In this document: one piece after another, positions 27,001 through 36,529 of the stretch
Numbering within the stretch: the stretch's first letter is position 1
How the letters are laid out: every line of letters begins with the position of its first letter
Notes under the pieces: model-generated
Told to the model about the DNA's origin: nothing
Seen by the model: only the letters and a program-made list of their open reading frames with translations
Databases searched by the model: none
IMG/VR virus record: IMGVR_UViG_3300032331_000813
Coordinates: 20,466 to 84,465 of that record
Source: a virus
Strand: one strand, 5' to 3'
DNA length: 64,000 bases
Made by a program: the position numbers and the translations under genes

Positions 27001-29323
27001 ATCAGTTTCACCGATTGACAACATAACTAATACTATAACACGTCCTGCATTTAGTTTATCTATTGCAGAAATAAAAGGTGGATCTCTTGATATAATAAAC
27101 GTAGCTGCAACTACCGTAGGTAGTCAGTATGTTATTGTAGCTTTAGGAAACACCAATTGGAATACAGTAGGTAACACTACAGGAATCACTTATGCTGCCG
27201 GAGATTTATTGACTGTAGTAAATGTTGCTACTGGAACTACCGGTACTGTACAGCTTGCTGATGTTATAAAAGTACCGGATGTATATGGTTTGGCAGAAGG
27301 TCAAGATGTTATATTTAAAATAAATCAAACTAACGCTGGTTCATTTTTAGTTGGGTATGCGTATGTTATTAATGATTTAGGTAGTACCACACAATCACAA
27401 TGGAACACTATAGCAGGTACCTCAAGTGTAATATATAAAGTAGGAATGGGATTCACTGCTGCAACTGTTGGTACTGGTACTGGAACTGCTGTGTTAGTTG
27501 ACGTAGGTGGATTGAATACATCCGGTGAAACTTATTTTGTTAAAACAGTTATATCTAACCCATCAACATTATACGGAAGCTATTTCATAGTCGAAGATCA
27601 ATATGGCACAGTACCAACATTGTCAACTACTATGTATGAAATTGTAGCATACATTGGTGGTACTCCTACTATCAGAATTAATACAGCTACTGATACAAAC
27701 TTAATACAAAATAATGTAGTACGTATTGACGGTACGATTGGTTCAGTTCAATTGAATAATAATATATACTATGCTAAGATCATACGCAATAATATTATTG
27801 ATATCTACACAGAGCCATACAATCCAGCATTATATGCAGAAAATTACCCAGTAATATCATCTTACACTTATGTGTCTGGTGGTTACATTTGGGTAGATGA
27901 GTTGTTCACAGTCGCTGACACTTACGCAACTGCATCTAGTTCAAATGGTAATAGAATTACAGTTGCTGATACTAGCATGTTAGTACCGGCTACCCCTGTG
28001 TATTTTACACAATCAGGTTCTGAGATAGGTGACGATTTATTAGGCGGAGTAAAAGCTAAAACTGAATACTATATATTACAAGTAAGACCTGAAATCGCAG
28101 CTGGTAATTTTATAGTAGGAAACTATTATGAAATTTCTATTCTTGGCGATACTAATTGGAATACCATGTCTGGTATAACTTCAGTAAATGCAGGTTCATT
28201 TGTAGTAGGATATACATATCAAATTACTTCAGCAGGTAATACTGATTTTACAACTATTGGTGCAACATCAAATACAGTAGGCGTAATTTTTGTTGCTACT
28301 GGAGTTGGTTCTGGTACCGGAACTGCTAATATAATATACGTTGCCGGTGATGTTTTTGAAGCAGCATCTGCTGGTAGTGGTACTGGATTTGCTTTGGGAT
28401 TACAAGAATTTACTATAAGTGAAAAGAGATTCCCAGATGAAGCTGAAGTCACGTTAATCGATGATAGTTCAAGTGCTATTGAAAATACAATACACGTATC
28501 ACAATTCCAACAAGTTAATGTTGATAGATTGTGGGTAACAATTAACGGTTATAGAGTACCGTCATCATCATTAAGATTGAATCCTTATAATAATTTAAGT
28601 ATTTTAGCTACAGTAAATACCGGAGACGATGTAATTATTACTAGCATGATGCCTACAGCTACACCAAATGAAGAAGTGTATCTATTAAACGTGCCAATGG
28701 TAGCAGATTCATCAGTGTATAGGGCAAACACACAAACTAGAACATGGTTGGTTGAACCACTAAGATACGTAGATGACACTATTTATTTAAATGACATTAG
28801 TAGAGTTACGGATACCCTTACACAAGTATCAACGGTTCCTGCTGAGTTAGATGGAAAATACAGCATAGGTGTTGTTGGTACTAAGAACACGATCACTAGC
28901 GTAACTGTTTACAACAACACAACTGACGCATGGATAGATCCAGCTGTATACTCGCTTGTAATAGTTGATTTTGCTCCTATCTTAGAAATCGACAGTGAAG
29001 TTTCTGAGGGAGATTCAGTCACTATCACTATTATTGAAGGAAGATTATTGTACATCAATGGAGAACAGATTGGATTTGGAAAGTGTGACTTAATAAACAA
29101 CACCGTAACTGAATTATCTAGGGGAACAAATGGAACCGGGCAGCAAACTTACATACCGTTGTATGCTGAAGTCTTTGGTATGTTACCATCTAATCAGATG
29201 ACCAGTGTATTATATTCTGACACATGGAACCCAATCCCAGGAATTTACAATACAGTTGACGGAGATCCATTGCAGATTGCATATACCCAAGGTGCAAACT
29301 TCTTGCGAGGCGACATTAATTAA
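6053..29323 (+). CDS. giant (7756 aa) multidomain virion/baseplate-associated protein with beta-propeller regions and many repeated small modules
   Basis: Uninterrupted 23.3-kb ORF after gp6; Thr/Ser/Gly/Val-rich. Contains FG-GAP-like repeats, Asp-box repeats (SxDGxxW) and about 16 copies each of two short modules. Confidence 0.85.
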   Translation: MATRIRTLNFLPEIFKTPTNNQFLSATLDQLVAQPNTEKIEGYVGSKFGYGVNPNDNYVTEPTKIRTDYQLDPGVVFLKENDTTAKDFISYPGIIDALKLKGGITEDNSRLFNNQFYSWDSFTDLDKIINFSQYYWVPNGPERVVVQSSAIYSSVQYNVQSETAYYVISSNETSPEINPTLTLLRGGTYTFKVNQDSNFWIQGVPGLTGYSPVQRNLQTRNVYGVENNGIKDGTVTFTVPPKDALSEYYFVNSTTVDVVSTLPFAQVNGATVDSIGGIDGVTELDGLTVMFYNTGVENEIAYTNQFFDQTQFDEEGGVPYTNSSQRITKTITDSNSLTNEFTYINDTGISDFQANDAITFVGTLIGGVVKNKTYYVKEITSSNTFTISSTVNGNVVELTDATGGSMTVRIQTSYPGTDIFDNNFEGGFYNQVSRNFYSVTLLGDVDNPVIQLTRLSSIPAKTTITAEFGAQWASINFFQNSLGEIQLQPYNSAILDTLYYQDATTLSKVGQLRIIDDNYTNYIDVDFDILGKKNYTAPNGVVFTNGLKIIFQGNIYPSKYENVEYYVEGVGSAIELIPVATLISPGLFTSGEYTPYDSTPYDLGNYDSNLYVPINPDYLTIARNSINRNAWSRSNRWFHIDVINATAAYNNTPSLITEYTNLENKAKRPIIEFYPNIKLFDSGAVGKDPIDFIDTRTTDAFTYVAGQSSYFPDVAGYTGYNATIAPVTLADTSVIATNVYGYTDTIAVSSVTGLYVNDTIRFTVPIINAVSLVVGKTYVINTLGSTNFTLVGALSNTVGTSFVATGVGTGTGTATTFGGLTPNTTYYITSIETNVQVSSNVFKDLITVSLTRQGVNVNLSNSDTLSIATSIYHYSTSITVPTSSISGLFEKNQYVSDSTNYLPSVTLISNVTTVNDNTIITVTWTVQAVIPATSIASIVSADTPLDNYGLFDGARIVFAAETTDSVRNKIYISRFASITPNGTPLITLVEAEDGLVLPNEQTAVYRGYNYTGKDFYYTGIEWVEGQQKITTNQAPKFDLFDKNGVSLGDPDVYNGTSFTGCTLFAYSIGTGNDDSVLGFPLSYSSVANLGDINFDVTLNSNTFNYVYGTTAVTEKVNIGYVYNYTTTENFVRQIGWQTAVSPSVQYQIFDIAWTYLSPNIEFTCDIAPIASNKTNWPTVQVYINNTYLEPSKYTVTTTATTTTVTIPDINYTLSTEFTVQILILSDQVSQTAYYQTPDNLNNNPFNDEITKVNVGDIRGQYQSIFYNNPFTTGQIFGSNNYRDLGNLVPWGNRIIQNSASLVLPATFLRNQSHDLFNALLYNSRQYITFKTLLVDTVDKSNYTIDWTPAAMLDDTLQQMNLSHSNEQPFFWSDMVPSKSPLVANSYYFANPLDTSRYPLTRIYDFSVANYYSVLVYLIRDEEETQLIKNVDYTISTDSPSLVVTLDLLANDTIIIKEYNQTYGSYVPNTPTKLGLYPATIPSVTLDTAYTQPTYFIVGHDGSYNRLYGDYNAETNTLVDFRDQVLLEYETRVYNNLKLSETVPAGSYSGVLLPGFFRDTDYTYDEFMQIYSESFLDWVGQNRVDYKIQYYNKSNQYTYNYRDSGNKLNSIPIQQGYFRGIYLYFYDTTTPNATPWEMLGFVNMPTWWETRYGPAPYTSDNLVLWGDLEKGYVWNDGNPYIKPQYARAGLTDVIPVDSNGALITPMISVLGNYNEYTFQRDWKVGDVGPAEFSYRRSSSWPFDLMRILALTKPADFFNLGVDVDNYKYNAEFNQYLVNDRSHLVISDVPIYGLGTPATSYINWIVDYEKQVGVDATTNISTLLDNLDVRLVYRLAGFSDKNLLQFYVEKSSANSNNSSLLIPDESYQVLLYENQPFDRIVYSGVVVQITENGYKVYGNSQTNAYFKTVVPKATNITDKITVENLSVDVITDFYNITATIPYGIEFYNVQQVSQFLISYGQHLTNQGMVFENVENGVPVTWRQMVAEFLYWAQMGWAPGSITTINPAASTLVINKESSIVQPLTLRQFNFVLNQNLYPIQGSDMAVVREDTAFSVTPLNVGDAISYGQFNISNIEHGIVFDNVTLFNDIIYNLSTGLRQNRIFVRGRKTAEWNGNVDAFGFILNQDNITEWTKEVKYTQGSIVKYKNKYWTAITIVQAKEIFDEREWVVTDYDKIQKGLLPNSQTRSYESTLYYDTNNANLENDADLLSFSLIGYRPRDYMALADLTDVTQVNVYKNMIKEKGTLNAASAFKGATLPQGGIKYDIYDNWAILSGSYGGILNNNFVEFRLKQSELTGNPSIVGLTNGISINGVQQEVPIYSLFNYGRPLDSVNILPTIPNTQPSTLYPTSGYVNYNDVTMASYFYSGLSAAQNYTGKTIPINQFYVRDYAWLANYLATWQVYTPASLGTVINVDNNLNGTVTVTFSQAHNLKLYDPFAIVNFAVDIDNYYIVAAVPNPQTVIINLSLNPSIRNITGQGIGMRMQSQRVATAPEIDNLPLLDNEFNKLKVWVDTNNDGSWAVYRKSLNYQYDNEIIKAASQNFGSAVAYTENLGYLIGDSALGTVYRYLYNVEENVYTLSQAISQGGSFGSCITYVDDLFAISQPTHPSEVPALYIYQLTTNDIINTIALYQTITAPNGVTNWGRSTAMSGDQNWLYISDTDNAKVYVYRRSSTTQLYVQVKTSNGLPLTLSVAELTSADLFGYSIATDYYGDTVVIGAPFKDYTNDGTTNNYGYSYVFSRTVQNFIAQQTGQPYKELTFQLGFTPETVVQIATSTDAATDRITVADTSAFNVNDPVVFSGTILSSGALSANTVYYIKTIPTSTAFTVSRKIGGSTFQLIDDTGIPGMTVTVQTTPLYVTINGELLSDKNYAVTGSVLNIYTDSTILVNAGDLINVSAPSFVLAQTLTDENPPRVGVEFGSSIDVNAFANEILIGAPYELSSKNNEGAVHRYTNGGEKYGIVIGSSKCAITSEQTIFINGFAVILQAGNASSAATSINLVNIPNVYASASDTTDNGILSISLVDVEIGVMGNKLSLTALLSTTFAEMGMTIYKKTQTIVCPHSATRTQFGAVVKFNKSTYGSFVASAPAGARVAATTFDFTDDELDNDTVFDNNATQWIDSFVNAGAVYMFDFLSAYNENIDNPGKFVYAQSTNARDIEYGAQPYYGTALDFNNNRVTIGTPNFISPTLTYQGQVVTYISSSTEPDWAVYRESAPVVDVNGIFNIQMYSAMTNDTLENLDYIDPLQGKLLGVVAQNIDVVSNQDPASYNSPGIAQQGIVWGQDKVGHIWFNTSNTRFMNYHQNDVNYNSQWWGRVFPGSDVAVYSWIESNVPPELYSGPGTPFDTFNYAVRGVINAEGLITPVYYFWARNTNIVFERLGKTLADSTLELYITSPQNTGISYFAPLLPSVFGLYNGFEFINANDTVLHIGYSTGTNSDVSHNQYSLIRANYANDFLPGVPGSGAAYQNHLAVGITEPIDLYNRMLDSMCGVDNAGGVVPDPQLPKAVQTGVLARPRQGFFYSRFGALKNYLQYANTVLSQFPITEMRPNIPFLNTTGEFYDTSAYWTLINWWAPEYNDNTKSLIQVPVYADLAALTVAVGTIVTVLQNGVGSAETYIYSSDGAWIRIGLENGTIEFKSVLWDYPSARLGFGDNFFDTTLYDVYPSAETRYIVRALNEEIYTNELLIFRNKSLILLFEYIQSETIESQNYLSWLNKTSFADVSHTIRELLPIEVFQSDNELFLEGYLNEVKPYHVVIKEFIFKYTREEIYQGDVTDFDVPAQFTSGVNEFITPELVYTTPTEINQFNYLDPIWATAPYNQWYNNYGVSLNGEKGYYIATLASYISLNATSCYVDNINGFPVTGSILIGTEEIGYSYRDLATNQLSGLSRGQNSTTIAIHFPETNIYMNLPGVLVTDTGRNYLNPPRITAYIDLTKYPAPKITAILEPILALGKVIGVTVVDPGLGYAVLPQIIIDPAIVITIDSSQVSIVDNTIDIGSTELQTGDLVVYTVGPNSTPIGGLKEGQRYYVNLLETIPAPIIALYTEYLSAIEDHDRVILDSTGTGTQKFSMGAAANAITNATPIRENIISLRFDRTTYNSQVVEWSPFGYYGSFYAGTLRNPDKVASSAITLYSNTPPIETILASAQGATFEILDTTNQQTLEWSSRTRNTMQTYGSLYPTEAYRNAIRIDPSDGGVAVEGFIGSTIGFYIGMPVKFNGSTIGTLLEDDVTYYVKSLVKLPNTGTSTSATRTNASNNTITVASSVNFKLQDTVVFTSATQIISSGYFVIGQTYEITTVGTTNFTLIGAASNDVGTVFIATGVGTGTGTAEQRSLGNVIYLETYYILSKPSATTVTLSQTLGGSVFKLSNATGVMTMIRPDTDVLEDTGFTISDTVDENGNPGAVYSPNIGIGSVTIAPAGLKLLTGNQTNLEIITINYSGLRNTVATTGTTNTVTVLLTATGENGTTGFYTGLPIFFVGNTFGGIVENISYYVTTVIDAQTFTMSPTSDAPFAISFTETTSTDNLVVCGTSSTENITLNLSVNEPIIFTDFVLKAGYFTIGQVYSIVSVADNNGGATTDFTLIGSSSNAIGTIFTATGVGTGTGTATPTSPSTTFGGIVFGKTYYVRQKFADVDPIDLVTTTYSISIAESVNGDAVTLTNTVGSCLFTSQKDTLPLTTATGSMTMNVALPVSPGQVDGQQFTLYNTSSQLAGKQGTVSNLLNREITSTLDTVNRICLSSFSGGLTDIYNNLQFKVSTPIGGLTNATVYAGSFIVGNVYTITYIGDTTQSNWNTIAGTTGVVYTINSVFTCAATGTYIGSQTGSAVRVYKITGTGTTSVKVIETQSSGNWLRLNDDDNPNTTDVLYVGMPLYFSGTSVGSVSLGVVYYVFSIDSSPPSGTGRFSISEVSDLSSQFTVTDDVGVMTGSGDPYVTITSPASLLDSNQIATFSSAPSTATVTVTNGSSFTNGMAIRFNTTDTLPTPLKINVTYYIKNLSGNTFNIAYSATGSLISLSLNGTGVQRAYALPVILTQVTKSDPVFDVSYILGGYRTIITNPGSGYAINNAITVLGTSLGGTTTNNLILTVTSINSEGGILSTTASGTPPGPENQYYLKVLSVNQMAVYSNAILTSQVSGQNFPYKGITTITATATTAATDLITINSTSDFSVNDPVVFTGTVFGNIVLGATYYITGYGPTISAGSFVATTQYRINSLGTTDWNIAAGTYGVTYSVGDVFTAVTTSSGTGNVTLLTRITISQTIGGYTFELADATGSMTMAKSGDYALLPEPFYFSPSIVKYGTRLYECVVSNNDNEFIFGKWALLDTGNRNVNALDRIAAYYQPTVNMPGVDLTQLVSGITYPNSTYLGNAFAPADEFTLDTILTDRPFYPTGVDLEAIIWNGVIYMAAAQTSEYSSINMSVDTDNWTITKIARNPINITSLLYVNGNYLMTANNGATPLLISEDGYQWITNGSFTPFSSTPWDVVSYDISSMSMPAFSLNESAYYNGIYVAVGDNIVSSTDLYAWVERFTFGGTLTTSEFKGVCYANTAGFSGFMAVGLGQIITYNNVGNVTNVGIVYTSPDGITWQQVPMNITTDLSFNSIAASGQTIVVVGDDGLIWTSFNGSIWFNQTSPITSNLNNVSWNSVNNTFMAVGDDGVILYNSTGTGITWTRQTSGTTEDLQSSVWNNSRGEYVVVGYNNTILTSTIAATSWSAHAKFINPIAVYDVQGDDFSAGYGPEELVGGVVEDTIMMTVATRPGTNWDETIYQHTGYNVVSEEIYPINGTQTDYSFANLVSTPAQLSVFVVSYLTGTSTTLYEGADYYIDWINKTVSIFTPLTYVSSTLRDRLRIDVYEVGNGDQLVKANTETDPLRINPVTGFNEIYVNANYSATIYKGSGLIRPSTAPIVTTATHTNSFDNTITCTSVTEFVLNGPIYFSGYVFGNIVEDTIYYVKSIGGVSNRITISDSYNSSTGAAGDTFILSSADGSMEAVIQSTNSVVWTPPAIYHNGSLLISGITETVLRTKSSTNTITAITTGGLIVGTPIVFSDTIFGGIEPGIIYYVNLIYDSNEFTISETLGGSDLELTDATGSAIFITNDYAIGFADNGISAAVIFSQLYDTTVDYISYTLFGETFPIQYGYTIPQVETFVGDGATSTFALSNYISDDSVVNAIVEIDGIRRTLAEYTISTITNSITFKNPPSANPATTTAGNFVVGTSYRIASLGTTDFVSIGATSTANVTGSISGTSLTITSVTSGLLDSGICITGTGITAGTYITDQILTQTAGNFIVGMPYRIESIGTTDFVAIGAASTAVVTGTISNGLGSAGNKLNVTASTSGALAVGTYITGTGVTAGTYITALGTGKGGIGTYTVSVSQNVTSTTVTGQPLVGEGFIATDIGSGTGTATQTNPGGIGLYTVDTSQTVAETAITGQPTVGTVFTATGAGAGTGVVTGLVSVAVTTYNLTERQYLSTQYNITGITQTSQGSVTVTGSHGLEETYDMPVNAGYFDVGQSYTIQTLGNTNWTSIGATQVTDATLTKGTQYIINTLGTADWTSVGAGGTVTGSISNKTINGVNTGVLTVTSVLTPSIVVTDLVIGQTYTILSLGTTTNTQWNTIAGTTGKTYAVGNRIDAQVVGTGTGTVAMNMVAVNQFLSSSSVTVTAGNFNIGTLYTVATLGTTNFVAVGAASTAVVTGVIGVTVTAGSFVIGNSYFITTLGTTDFTLIGASSNTVGVTFIATGAGTGTGTATRPGIAGTTLNVYAVTSGTLAVGTYITGSNVAGGTRITALLTGTGGIGTYTVSTSQYVNSTIITGQPAVGSTFTATGIGTGTGTASSSIAASTTITGFLSGSGGVGTYTLSSPQIITSRTMTLGPNVGVLFTATTNSDPSGSGGFAYVASFTATGAGTGIGAGTIAYSTTDFSTLQYWLSTSAGGTSVLGVNYPIVFGTVIPNCGITAGRRYYVTKILDSSRFTVSTQVGGASPKLETTTGTMIGTMTQLSVSPIDNITNTITRPAFSLSIAEIKGGSLDIINVAATTVGSQYVIVALGNTNWNTVGNTTGITYAAGDLLTVVNVATGTTGTVQLADVIKVPDVYGLAEGQDVIFKINQTNAGSFLVGYAYVINDLGSTTQSQWNTIAGTSSVIYKVGMGFTAATVGTGTGTAVLVDVGGLNTSGETYFVKTVISNPSTLYGSYFIVEDQYGTVPTLSTTMYEIVAYIGGTPTIRINTATDTNLIQNNVVRIDGTIGSVQLNNNIYYAKIIRNNIIDIYTEPYNPALYAENYPVISSYTYVSGGYIWVDELFTVADTYATASSSNGNRITVADTSMLVPATPVYFTQSGSEIGDDLLGGVKAKTEYYILQVRPEIAAGNFIVGNYYEISILGDTNWNTMSGITSVNAGSFVVGYTYQITSAGNTDFTTIGATSNTVGVIFVATGVGSGTGTANIIYVAGDVFEAASAGSGTGFALGLQEFTISEKRFPDEAEVTLIDDSSSAIENTIHVSQFQQVNVDRLWVTINGYRVPSSSLRLNPYNNLSILATVNTGDDVIITSMMPTATPNEEVYLLNVPMVADSSVYRANTQTRTWLVEPLRYVDDTIYLNDISRVTDTLTQVSTVPAELDGKYSIGVVGTKNTITSVTVYNNTTDAWIDPAVYSLVIVDFAPILEIDSEVSEGDSVTITIIEGRLLYINGEQIGFGKCDLINNTVTELSRGTNGTGQQTYIPLYAEVFGMLPSNQMTSVLYSDTWNPIPGIYNTVDGDPLQIAYTQGANFLRGDIN
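8354..28396 (+). repeat. dispersed ~48-55 aa protein module 'A' (AGxFxVGxxYxIxxLGTTxFxxIGAxSNTVGxxFxATGxGxGTGTA), about 16 copies within the giant ORF
   Basis: Copies at about 8354, 18872, 19685, 20330 and 21614; two in 24632-25366; five in 25517-26740; then 27092, 27329, and two in 28094-28396. Confidence 0.85.
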
Positions 29324-29338
29324 AAGATAAATAAATAT

Positions 29339-29491
29339 ATGAACGAAAAAGTGGAAGAAAACAAACAAAAACAGCCCGAAAATCCTGGCCCTAAGCCAAA
29401 CGAAACGGGCGGATTTTACTTTTCTTCCAGTATTAAAATAACAGACCCGAATACAAAAGAAGTATTAGTCCAGATGCGAGGCGATAATTAA
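29339..29491 (+). CDS. small 50-aa protein not in the ORF track (MNEKVEENKQKQPENPGPKPNETGGFYFSSSIKITDPNTKEVLVQMRGDN)
   Basis: ATG follows a GATAAATAAATA motif; its TAA overlaps the next ATG (TAATG); its C-terminal half resembles the N-terminus of the next protein. Confidence 0.7.
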   Translation: MNEKVEENKQKQPENPGPKPNETGGFYFSSSIKITDPNTKEVLVQMRGDN

Positions 29492-30111
29492 TGTCAGTAA
29501 TAACACTATCATATAAAATAGAAGGATTTTTAAAAATCTACGACCCCAACAACGGGGAAGTATTTGTAGATAAGAAAAATGCTATCAACTACGAAAATAT
29601 GTCAGAAGCTATGGCTGACACGTTAAGCAGTCGCGGGTATGGGGAAATATATCAAATGGCGTTTGGTAATGGGGGCGCAAGCGTTTCAAATACCGGCGTT
29701 ATTACTTATTTGCCACCAAATGTAACTGGAGTCAATGCTGCTCTTTACAATCAAACTTACGCTAAAATCGTAGACGATACTAGCGTTTTTAATCTTGACC
29801 CTACACGTAACAAAATGACTGTAGCACATACTACGGGCAAAGTATATAGCGACATTTTGGTCCAATGTTTGTTAGATTACGGCGAACCCGCAGGGCAAGC
29901 TGCGTTTGATAATAGTACACAGACGGATTCAGCTTACGTTTTTGACGAATTGGGATTACTTGCTAGATACGGGACAAGTGAAACCGGTGCAGTAATTACT
30001 AGATTGCTTACCCATGTTATATTTCACCCGGTCCAAAAGAGTCTGAACAGACAAATCCAGATTGATTACACAGTCAGGATCCAAAGTTTGACGAATTTAA
30101 TAACAATATAA
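29491..30111 (+). CDS. phage virion (baseplate/tail-associated) protein
   Basis: 206 aa in the structural block; contains MAFGNGG, FDELGL and LLTHVIFHPVQKSLNR motifs reminiscent of baseplate/tail-collar proteins. Confidence 0.6.
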   Translation: MSVITLSYKIEGFLKIYDPNNGEVFVDKKNAINYENMSEAMADTLSSRGYGEIYQMAFGNGGASVSNTGVITYLPPNVTGVNAALYNQTYAKIVDDTSVFNLDPTRNKMTVAHTTGKVYSDILVQCLLDYGEPAGQAAFDNSTQTDSAYVFDELGLLARYGTSETGAVITRLLTHVIFHPVQKSLNRQIQIDYTVRIQSLTNLITI

Positions 30112-30141
30112 GATAAATAATAGATACGGAGTAATTTCAAA

Positions 30142-31389
30142 ATGGCATATACAATTGTAAAGAGTAATGGTCAAGTACTGACAACCATTGCTGACGGTAC
30201 TATCAATACTAACAGTAGTTCACTATCCTTACCGGGAAGGAACTACGCTGGATATGGTCAATACGTTGACACTAACTTTGTCTGGCTGACTGAAAATTTT
30301 GCTAATTCTAGCCCACCTAGCAATCCTCTAGCAGGTCAATTGTGGTTCAATACTAACAACAGCACAATGTACGTATGCCCAACAGACGGTACTACTACAG
30401 CATCTAGTTGGTTAGCATTAACTTCTACTGCCAGTGGCGGAACTACTACGTTTGGTGCCATTACTGTTACTGGAAATATTATAGGTAACAATCTTAGTAT
30501 CGCTAACAATATAACAAGTGCTAACATAACCGTATTCAATGCTAACGTAACTACTAGGGCTAACGTAGTTTTGGCTAACGTTACTACTGGTAACATTGGA
30601 ACATTGTATACTACTATTATATCAACTGGGGCAACTACCACACTCGGATCAATAACAGGTACATGGACATTAAATGGTACTGGAACAGCTAATAGTGTAG
30701 CTGGTACTGGTATGTATGTTCAAGCTGGTAATATTGTAGTTAATAATTCTGGTAACACATACGGTATTAAGACTGACCGTTACATGTACGCAAATGGAGC
30801 TGCTATAAGTTTTAGTGGCACATATACAAACGGAAATGTTTATGATTACTTGACAGGTTCTAATTCAGCTTCTAGATTTGCTGGAGCATTAGCTCCTTCT
30901 AGTCTTACAACTACTAGTCTTACTACTGGAAGTTCTTCAATAGCAGGACAGATTACAGGTAACTGGACATTGGGTGCTAGCAGTAGATTGAATGCAACAT
31001 ACGCTGATTTGGCAGAAAGATTTGAAGCAGATGCATACTATGATGCAGGTACTGTAGTTGAATTGGGCGGTGAAAAAGAAATTACTAGCGTAAGATACGA
31101 ATTGAGTGAAGATATCTTTGGTGTTATTTCTGACACTGCTGCTTATTTGATGAATTCGGGGGCAGGAGATAATTCAACGCATCCTCCGGTTGCAATGACA
31201 GGTCGTGTTCAAGTTAAAGTTAAAGGCATAGTTAAAAAGAATGATCGTTTGGTTAGTGCAGGAGAAGGCATAGCACGAGCAGCTAAACCAGGTGAAGCTA
31301 CAGCATTCAATGTTATTGGTCGTGCTTTAGCAAACAAAACTGATAATAGTATTGGGACAGTATTAGCAATTGTTACTGTATCTAGATAA
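30142..31389 (+). CDS. tail fibre/spike-like protein with C-terminal intramolecular chaperone (peptidase G2-type autocleavage) domain
   Basis: N-terminal fibre anchor (GRNYAGYGQ...LTENFANSSPPSNPLAGQLWF), a beta-repeat middle, and C-terminal YADLAERFEADAYYDAGTVVELGGEKEI...VAMTGRVQVKVKG. Confidence 0.7.
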   Translation: MAYTIVKSNGQVLTTIADGTINTNSSSLSLPGRNYAGYGQYVDTNFVWLTENFANSSPPSNPLAGQLWFNTNNSTMYVCPTDGTTTASSWLALTSTASGGTTTFGAITVTGNIIGNNLSIANNITSANITVFNANVTTRANVVLANVTTGNIGTLYTTIISTGATTTLGSITGTWTLNGTGTANSVAGTGMYVQAGNIVVNNSGNTYGIKTDRYMYANGAAISFSGTYTNGNVYDYLTGSNSASRFAGALAPSSLTTTSLTTGSSSIAGQITGNWTLGASSRLNATYADLAERFEADAYYDAGTVVELGGEKEITSVRYELSEDIFGVISDTAAYLMNSGAGDNSTHPPVAMTGRVQVKVKGIVKKNDRLVSAGEGIARAAKPGEATAFNVIGRALANKTDNSIGTVLAIVTVSR

Positions 31390-31398
31390 GGATTTTAA

Positions 31399-32358
31399 AT
31401 GTCATATGCTGTTAATGGAGCAATTCAATCCTTAGACTTTAATAATTTAGTAGGAACTAACCCAAATACTACTAGTGGTACATTAAATACAGTATGGTCT
31501 ACGGGTAGGTCAAATGCTGGATATGGACAAACTGCCTTAGCACAAATCAGTGGTACTAGTGCAATTGCAGCTACAGGTCAATGGGCAAATTTAGTAACTT
31601 ATACTAATAACTGTGCATCACATCAAGGTACATCAATAACAGCAATGTCTACTCCTGCAGTAGGTAGTGCAGTTTCTTCTGTGTCTGCGCTTCCAACTAA
31701 TCTCACAACAATATACGCACCTAGGTTAAATGCAGCCACACAAGGGACAACGACAGCAAATACTGCTACTACGGTAGCTACATGGAGTGCTAGTGCAACT
31801 TTTACGCATACTGTTACCTTTGCAAATGGAGATGCGGCTAGATATTTCTTTAATTCAGGTGGGCAACTAAAAGTTACATGCGCCCACTCTAACTCTACTG
31901 CTGGTATTAATTTATTGTTTAACAATTTAGCTAGTAATGTAGGAACCGTAGTTATTAGTGCGCCAAACTCTGGAACTGCAACTATTGCTGCTACTTCATA
32001 TTCCGGAGTACAAAAAGTAGGAGGAGGTGGAACTACACCGACGATTTTGACAAACAATGGTTATTATGCATTAACTGCTAGTAACGCTAATATTTTTACT
32101 CAATTAGCATCTACCGGTCCGTCTACTTATTTGTCAACTTTTATACGTATAATTGCAAAATCAAACGGAGCAAACGTAAGTGGAAATCTTGATGCCGGTA
32201 GTGTAATTACACTATATACAATCTGGGATGAAGTGCCTGATGGATTAGTAGTAGGGTCTGGTTCTACTACCACAGTTACTGCACAAATACCCGAAACAAC
32301 ATATTTAAGTAATAGTTGGGGAACAATTACTATAGCGGGAAGTGTTGTAGTAGCATAA
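31399..32358 (+). CDS. Ser/Thr-rich virion structural protein, paralog 1
   Basis: 319 aa with AGYGQT and FANGDAARYFFNSGG motifs; collinear paralog of the next gene. Confidence 0.65.
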   Translation: MSYAVNGAIQSLDFNNLVGTNPNTTSGTLNTVWSTGRSNAGYGQTALAQISGTSAIAATGQWANLVTYTNNCASHQGTSITAMSTPAVGSAVSSVSALPTNLTTIYAPRLNAATQGTTTANTATTVATWSASATFTHTVTFANGDAARYFFNSGGQLKVTCAHSNSTAGINLLFNNLASNVGTVVISAPNSGTATIAATSYSGVQKVGGGGTTPTILTNNGYYALTASNANIFTQLASTGPSTYLSTFIRIIAKSNGANVSGNLDAGSVITLYTIWDEVPDGLVVGSGSTTTVTAQIPETTYLSNSWGTITIAGSVVVA

Positions 32359-32380
32359 ATATATGAACAGGAATTTTTAA

Positions 32381-33337
32381 ATGACTTACGCACAATATGG
32401 TAATATACAAGCATCAGACTATAACGGTTTCTTGGGTGGGAACCCTGTTACAACTTCTGGTAAATTAAATACAGTTTGGGCAACTGGTGGAACCAATGCT
32501 GGTTATGGTCAAACAGCTTTAGCAAATGTAGCAGCTGGAAATGTAGTTTATGCTACCGATTGGGCTAATTTAGTAAACAAAACTGCTAATTCTGCAACTC
32601 ACCAAGGCGCATCAATCACTAGCGTATCTGCTCCGGTGACCGGTGGAAATGTCACTTATGTGTCTGCAATTCCAACAAATCTTACTACAATATATACTAG
32701 CAGATTAAACGCCGCAACACAAGGTAGTACACTTTCAAACGCAGCTACATATAATAGTACATGGTCCGATGCTTTAACTTTTACACATACTATATCTTTT
32801 GCAAATGGCGATGCAGCTAGATATTTCTTTAATTCAGGTGGTCAATTAAAAATAACATGTTCTCATGCTAATAACACATCAGGTATCAATTTGTTATTCA
32901 ATATGCTAGCGAGTAACATAGGAACTGTTGTTATGAGTTCCCCAACTTCAGGGACTATAACTATAGCAGCTAGTCAATATTATGGAATCACAAAAGTTGG
33001 TGGAGGTGGATTAACCCCTACACTTAGTGTAAATTCAGGTTATTATGGATTAACTACCGCTAATACACAAATTATCAGACAGCAATCATCGACGGGTCCT
33101 GCAACATACTATTTAGGAACCTTTATATCTATGAACGCCAAAACAAACGGAACACAAGGTGCAAACGGTGACAACGGAAGTGTAATTACTATATACACCT
33201 TGTGGGATGAAGTACCAAACGGATTAACAGCAGGTTCTGGTTCTACTACTACGGTTACTGTGCAAGCCCCAGAAACAACATATTTAAGTAATAGTTGGGG
33301 AACAATCTCTGTTGTTGGAACGGTATCCGGTTCATAA
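32381..33337 (+). CDS. Ser/Thr-rich virion structural protein, paralog 2
   Basis: 318 aa with the same motifs as 31399..32358; preceded by CATAAATA (32354-32361). Confidence 0.65.
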   Translation: MTYAQYGNIQASDYNGFLGGNPVTTSGKLNTVWATGGTNAGYGQTALANVAAGNVVYATDWANLVNKTANSATHQGASITSVSAPVTGGNVTYVSAIPTNLTTIYTSRLNAATQGSTLSNAATYNSTWSDALTFTHTISFANGDAARYFFNSGGQLKITCSHANNTSGINLLFNMLASNIGTVVMSSPTSGTITIAASQYYGITKVGGGGLTPTLSVNSGYYGLTTANTQIIRQQSSTGPATYYLGTFISMNAKTNGTQGANGDNGSVITIYTLWDEVPNGLTAGSGSTTTVTVQAPETTYLSNSWGTISVVGTVSGS

Positions 33338-33362
33338 TTTTTTAACAACGTATCTATATCCA

Positions 33363-33370
33363 TCTAAATA
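33363..33370 (+). promoter_or_regulatory. late-promoter-like motif heading the modification operon
   Basis: TCTAAATA followed by an AGGAG RBS and the ATG at 33386. Confidence 0.5.
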
Positions 33371-33385
33371 CTCATAGGAGTACAC

Positions 33386-33691
33386 ATGGATACAATTACA
33401 CTAATCACCGAAGCTAAAGCCCGCTTTAGTCACAATGCAGCCAAAGCATATTTAAAAGACAAATACGATAGTAAGTTTATTATTGCTGAACAATCTGGAC
33501 TTTGGCGTGCTAACTTAGAGACTATAAATTTTTTAAATTCATCTAGTGATGAATGGGTAATTTTAATTGACAAATTTGAAAACCCAGTAAAGGTTCTTAG
33601 AGCACCTCTATTAGATAAACTTGCCATAACTTATAAAACAGTTATGGAAGAATGGCATGCAGAATGGTCTGAACTAGAGAACAAGAGATGA
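33386..33691 (+). CDS. hypothetical protein (101 aa), first gene of the modification operon
   Basis: AGGAG RBS; ATGA overlap with the next gene. Confidence 0.7.
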   Translation: MDTITLITEAKARFSHNAAKAYLKDKYDSKFIIAEQSGLWRANLETINFLNSSSDEWVILIDKFENPVKVLRAPLLDKLAITYKTVMEEWHAEWSELENKR

Positions 33692-34497
33692 GTAAGGGCG
33701 TATTACTGTTTGCTTTCAATAGCCCAAAGTATAACTACTATGAAATGGCAGTAGCAACTGCCAAAAGAGTTAATCATTTTTTGGGTCTACCTGTAACAAT
33801 GGTCACTGATAGTGAATCATTGCCAGTCAAACAAACATATCAGTTTGATAATATTGTTATGGCACCCGCTGATAAAACTAATTTCAGAGATTGGGGTTTA
33901 TGGATTAACAAAGGTAGATACCGCGCATATCAGTTTAGTCCTTATGATGAAACTATCTTATTAGATACAGATTACATGATTAATTCAGATAAACTATTAA
34001 AGACTTTTGAATTACCTACTGATTTTTGCTGTCACGATACAACTAGTTTTTTGATGCATCCAGAATCTGCACAAGAAGCATTGAGTGCATATAGTTTTAA
34101 CACGTTATGGGCTACGGTAGTTATGTTTAGAAAAACTGGTCGTGCTAAACAAATATTTGAATGTTTAGAAATGATTCAAAATAATTTTGAACATTATGCA
34201 ACCATGCATGGATTCATATCGGCAACTTTTAGGAATGACTATGGATTATCTTTAGCCACTAGAATTGTAAATGGACATACGGTGTCTAAAAGGGATGTTA
34301 TACCGTGGAATCTATTACATGTAGGAAAAAATACAACTATGTATAGGAATAACGACAGTGAACTTAATACTGAGTATACTGTGTTATTTGACAATTGGAG
34401 TCGCGGGAAAGTTCGCAAAGAATATCTCACTATAAAAGATACTGATTTTCATGTGATGACTAAAGAAAACTTTATGGAGTTAATCACGTATGAATAA
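33688..34497 (+). CDS. GT-A-fold glycosyltransferase-like protein
   Basis: SPYDETILLDTD (DxD motif) and FRNDY motif; paralogous to the next gene. Confidence 0.6.
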   Translation: MSKGVLLFAFNSPKYNYYEMAVATAKRVNHFLGLPVTMVTDSESLPVKQTYQFDNIVMAPADKTNFRDWGLWINKGRYRAYQFSPYDETILLDTDYMINSDKLLKTFELPTDFCCHDTTSFLMHPESAQEALSAYSFNTLWATVVMFRKTGRAKQIFECLEMIQNNFEHYATMHGFISATFRNDYGLSLATRIVNGHTVSKRDVIPWNLLHVGKNTTMYRNNDSELNTEYTVLFDNWSRGKVRKEYLTIKDTDFHVMTKENFMELITYE

Positions 34498-35245
34498 AGG
34501 TTTTGTAATAATGGCACAAGATACTAATAAAGTAAGCTATACAAAATGTGCCGAAAAACTAAGTAAGAGTATTAAGCGAGTGATGCCTGATGCTAATGTA
34601 ACGATTATTACTACTGAAATGTTACCACATGGTGATTTAGCTCCTTACAACGATTGGAAATTAATCAATGACTGGCAAGTGTATGAAGCAAGTCCTTATG
34701 ATTACACTATTAAGCTAGAAGCTGATATGTATGTTCCTAGAAATATAGACCATTGGTGGGATGTATTAAAAGATAGGGACGTTGTAGTTTCATCTGCAAT
34801 ACGAGATTATAAGCAAGAAATATCAACTGTAAGATTGTATCGTAGATTTATTGATGATAACAAGTTACCTGATGTGTATAATGCTATAACCTATTTTAAG
34901 AAGTCACCTATCGCTGAAGAATTTTATAAATTAGTTAGAGAAATCTTTACAAATTGGGAGGAATATAAGAAAGTTTTACAATGTAACTATCGTGAATATG
35001 CTACCACTGATTGGGTATACGCTATTGCATGTCATATTATGGGCAAAGAGAAAACAACACTGCCCACATTTAATGAAATGACAATGATACATATGAAACA
35101 ATATATTGCCGGTACACCCACTGATGATTGGACAGACACACTATTATATGAATTCTTACCTGATCAAATTAGAATACAGACTATACCTCAGCAATATCCA
35201 TTTCACTATCATGTGAAAACTTTTTGTGATAAAATAACATTATGA
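34490..35245 (+). CDS. GT-A-fold glycosyltransferase-like protein (paralog, ExD variant)
   Basis: SPYDYTIKLEAD aligns with SPYDETILLDTD of the previous gene; similar N-terminus (KGFVIMA vs KGVLLFA). Confidence 0.55.
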   Translation: MNKGFVIMAQDTNKVSYTKCAEKLSKSIKRVMPDANVTIITTEMLPHGDLAPYNDWKLINDWQVYEASPYDYTIKLEADMYVPRNIDHWWDVLKDRDVVVSSAIRDYKQEISTVRLYRRFIDDNKLPDVYNAITYFKKSPIAEEFYKLVREIFTNWEEYKKVLQCNYREYATTDWVYAIACHIMGKEKTTLPTFNEMTMIHMKQYIAGTPTDDWTDTLLYEFLPDQIRIQTIPQQYPFHYHVKTFCDKITL

Positions 35246-35586
35246 AACATGAAGATGATTATGTTCTAATATGGGAAGCTCCTAAGTTAGAAGCACCTGA
35301 ATTTAGATTATACTATGATGACCATGGTGCAGTAATTTGCTATACTGGAGATAAATCAGTAGAAGGAAACTATATTGTAATTGATGCTCAAACTTTTGCT
35401 GAAGCTAGACCTGATGTGCGAGTAATAGATGGCAGAGTTTCAAGAGTGCAACCAAACGCAGTAGTCTATAAATTAATGCCTGATGTAGAAGAAGGTATAA
35501 CATGTCATCCAGACGATGTTAGTGTAATCGTTGACAGTAAAGAAAAACATACTAAATGGAAATTAAACATATATGAACTCCAATGA
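35242..35586 (+). CDS. hypothetical protein (114 aa)
   Basis: Overlaps both neighbours; no recognisable motif. Confidence 0.65.
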   Translation: MKHEDDYVLIWEAPKLEAPEFRLYYDDHGAVICYTGDKSVEGNYIVIDAQTFAEARPDVRVIDGRVSRVQPNAVVYKLMPDVEEGITCHPDDVSVIVDSKEKHTKWKLNIYELQ

Positions 35587-36529
35587 TATTATTGATGTTG
35601 CAGATTTAGATTGCATCTATCTAAGCTATGATGAGCCACAGAAGGAAGAGTTTTGGCTTAAGATTAAAAATATGATACCGTGGGCTAAACGTGTAGATGG
35701 AGTTAAAGGCTCTGACGCTGCACATAAAGCAGCAGGCAAAGCTAGCGACACGGAACGATTCATTCTAATTGATGGTGATAATATGCCCGAAGAAAGTTTC
35801 TTCAATATGCAATTAGATTTTAGCAATAAGGATTCTAAATTTAAATTGGCTCAGTTTCGTTGGAAAGCAGTTAACAGCATCAATGGATTACGTTATGGTA
35901 ATGGTGGTATGAGTAGTTGGACAAAGACTTATGTTAGTGAAATGAAAACCCACGAAAATCAAACTGAAGGGGATATAACACGTATAGCTGATTTCTGCAT
36001 GGATAGTAAAGATAATCTATATTGGGCTATGTATGATTGCTATTCAACTACGTACCCAAACTATACTCCGTTTCAAGCATGGCGTGCTGGATTCCGTGAA
36101 GGTGTAAAGATGTGTTTAGACCGCGGCGCCAAACCTACAGTAGACCAATTCAAAGAAACTGTTGCTAGCCGTAACTTAAACAACTTAACTATCTGGCATA
36201 ATGTGGGTGCAGATGTTGAAAATGGATTGTGGGCTATATACGGAGCGAGACTCGGTACATACATGACCATGCTAACTGATTGGGAACACACAGATGTTCA
36301 GTGGTTTGATAACTATATAATAATGTGGGAAGAACAAGAATATAATAGAGATCCAGAGCGTGAAGCAACATTATTAGGTGCAGCATTACATGATAAACTT
36401 GGATTGCCAATGTGTACTTTGGGAAAAGAACAAAGTAAGTTTTTTAAACGTCATTACAATGCCGACAAACACAACCTAGGTCCACTAGTAACAGAGATGG
36501 ATGTAATTCGCAAGATAGAAGGTTGGTAA
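35573..36529 (+). CDS. glycosyltransferase-like protein (GT-A-like)
   Basis: YLSYDEP...RVDGVKGSDAAHKAA...FILIDGDN (DxD) and QAWRAGFREGVK; homologous to the C-terminal domain of 53484..57857. Confidence 0.55.
   Translation: MNSNDIIDVADLDCIYLSYDEPQKEEFWLKIKNMIPWAKRVDGVKGSDAAHKAAGKASDTERFILIDGDNMPEESFFNMQLDFSNKDSKFKLAQFRWKAVNSINGLRYGNGGMSSWTKTYVSEMKTHENQTEGDITRIADFCMDSKDNLYWAMYDCYSTTYPNYTPFQAWRAGFREGVKMCLDRGAKPTVDQFKETVASRNLNNLTIWHNVGADVENGLWAIYGARLGTYMTMLTDWEHTDVQWFDNYIIMWEEQEYNRDPEREATLLGAALHDKLGLPMCTLGKEQSKFFKRHYNADKHNLGPLVTEMDVIRKIEGW

Noticed and set aside
8354-28396. Module A as an intein or a DNA transposable element
   Set aside because: It is only about 50 aa, lacks the Cys/Ser start and His-Asn end, and shows no terminal inverted repeats or target duplications by eye.
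8209-33363. Many short minus-strand ORFs rich in VPVPVP/AV in the structural block
   Set aside because: They are reverse-complement shadows of GTGTGT/Thr-rich repeats in the plus-strand genes.
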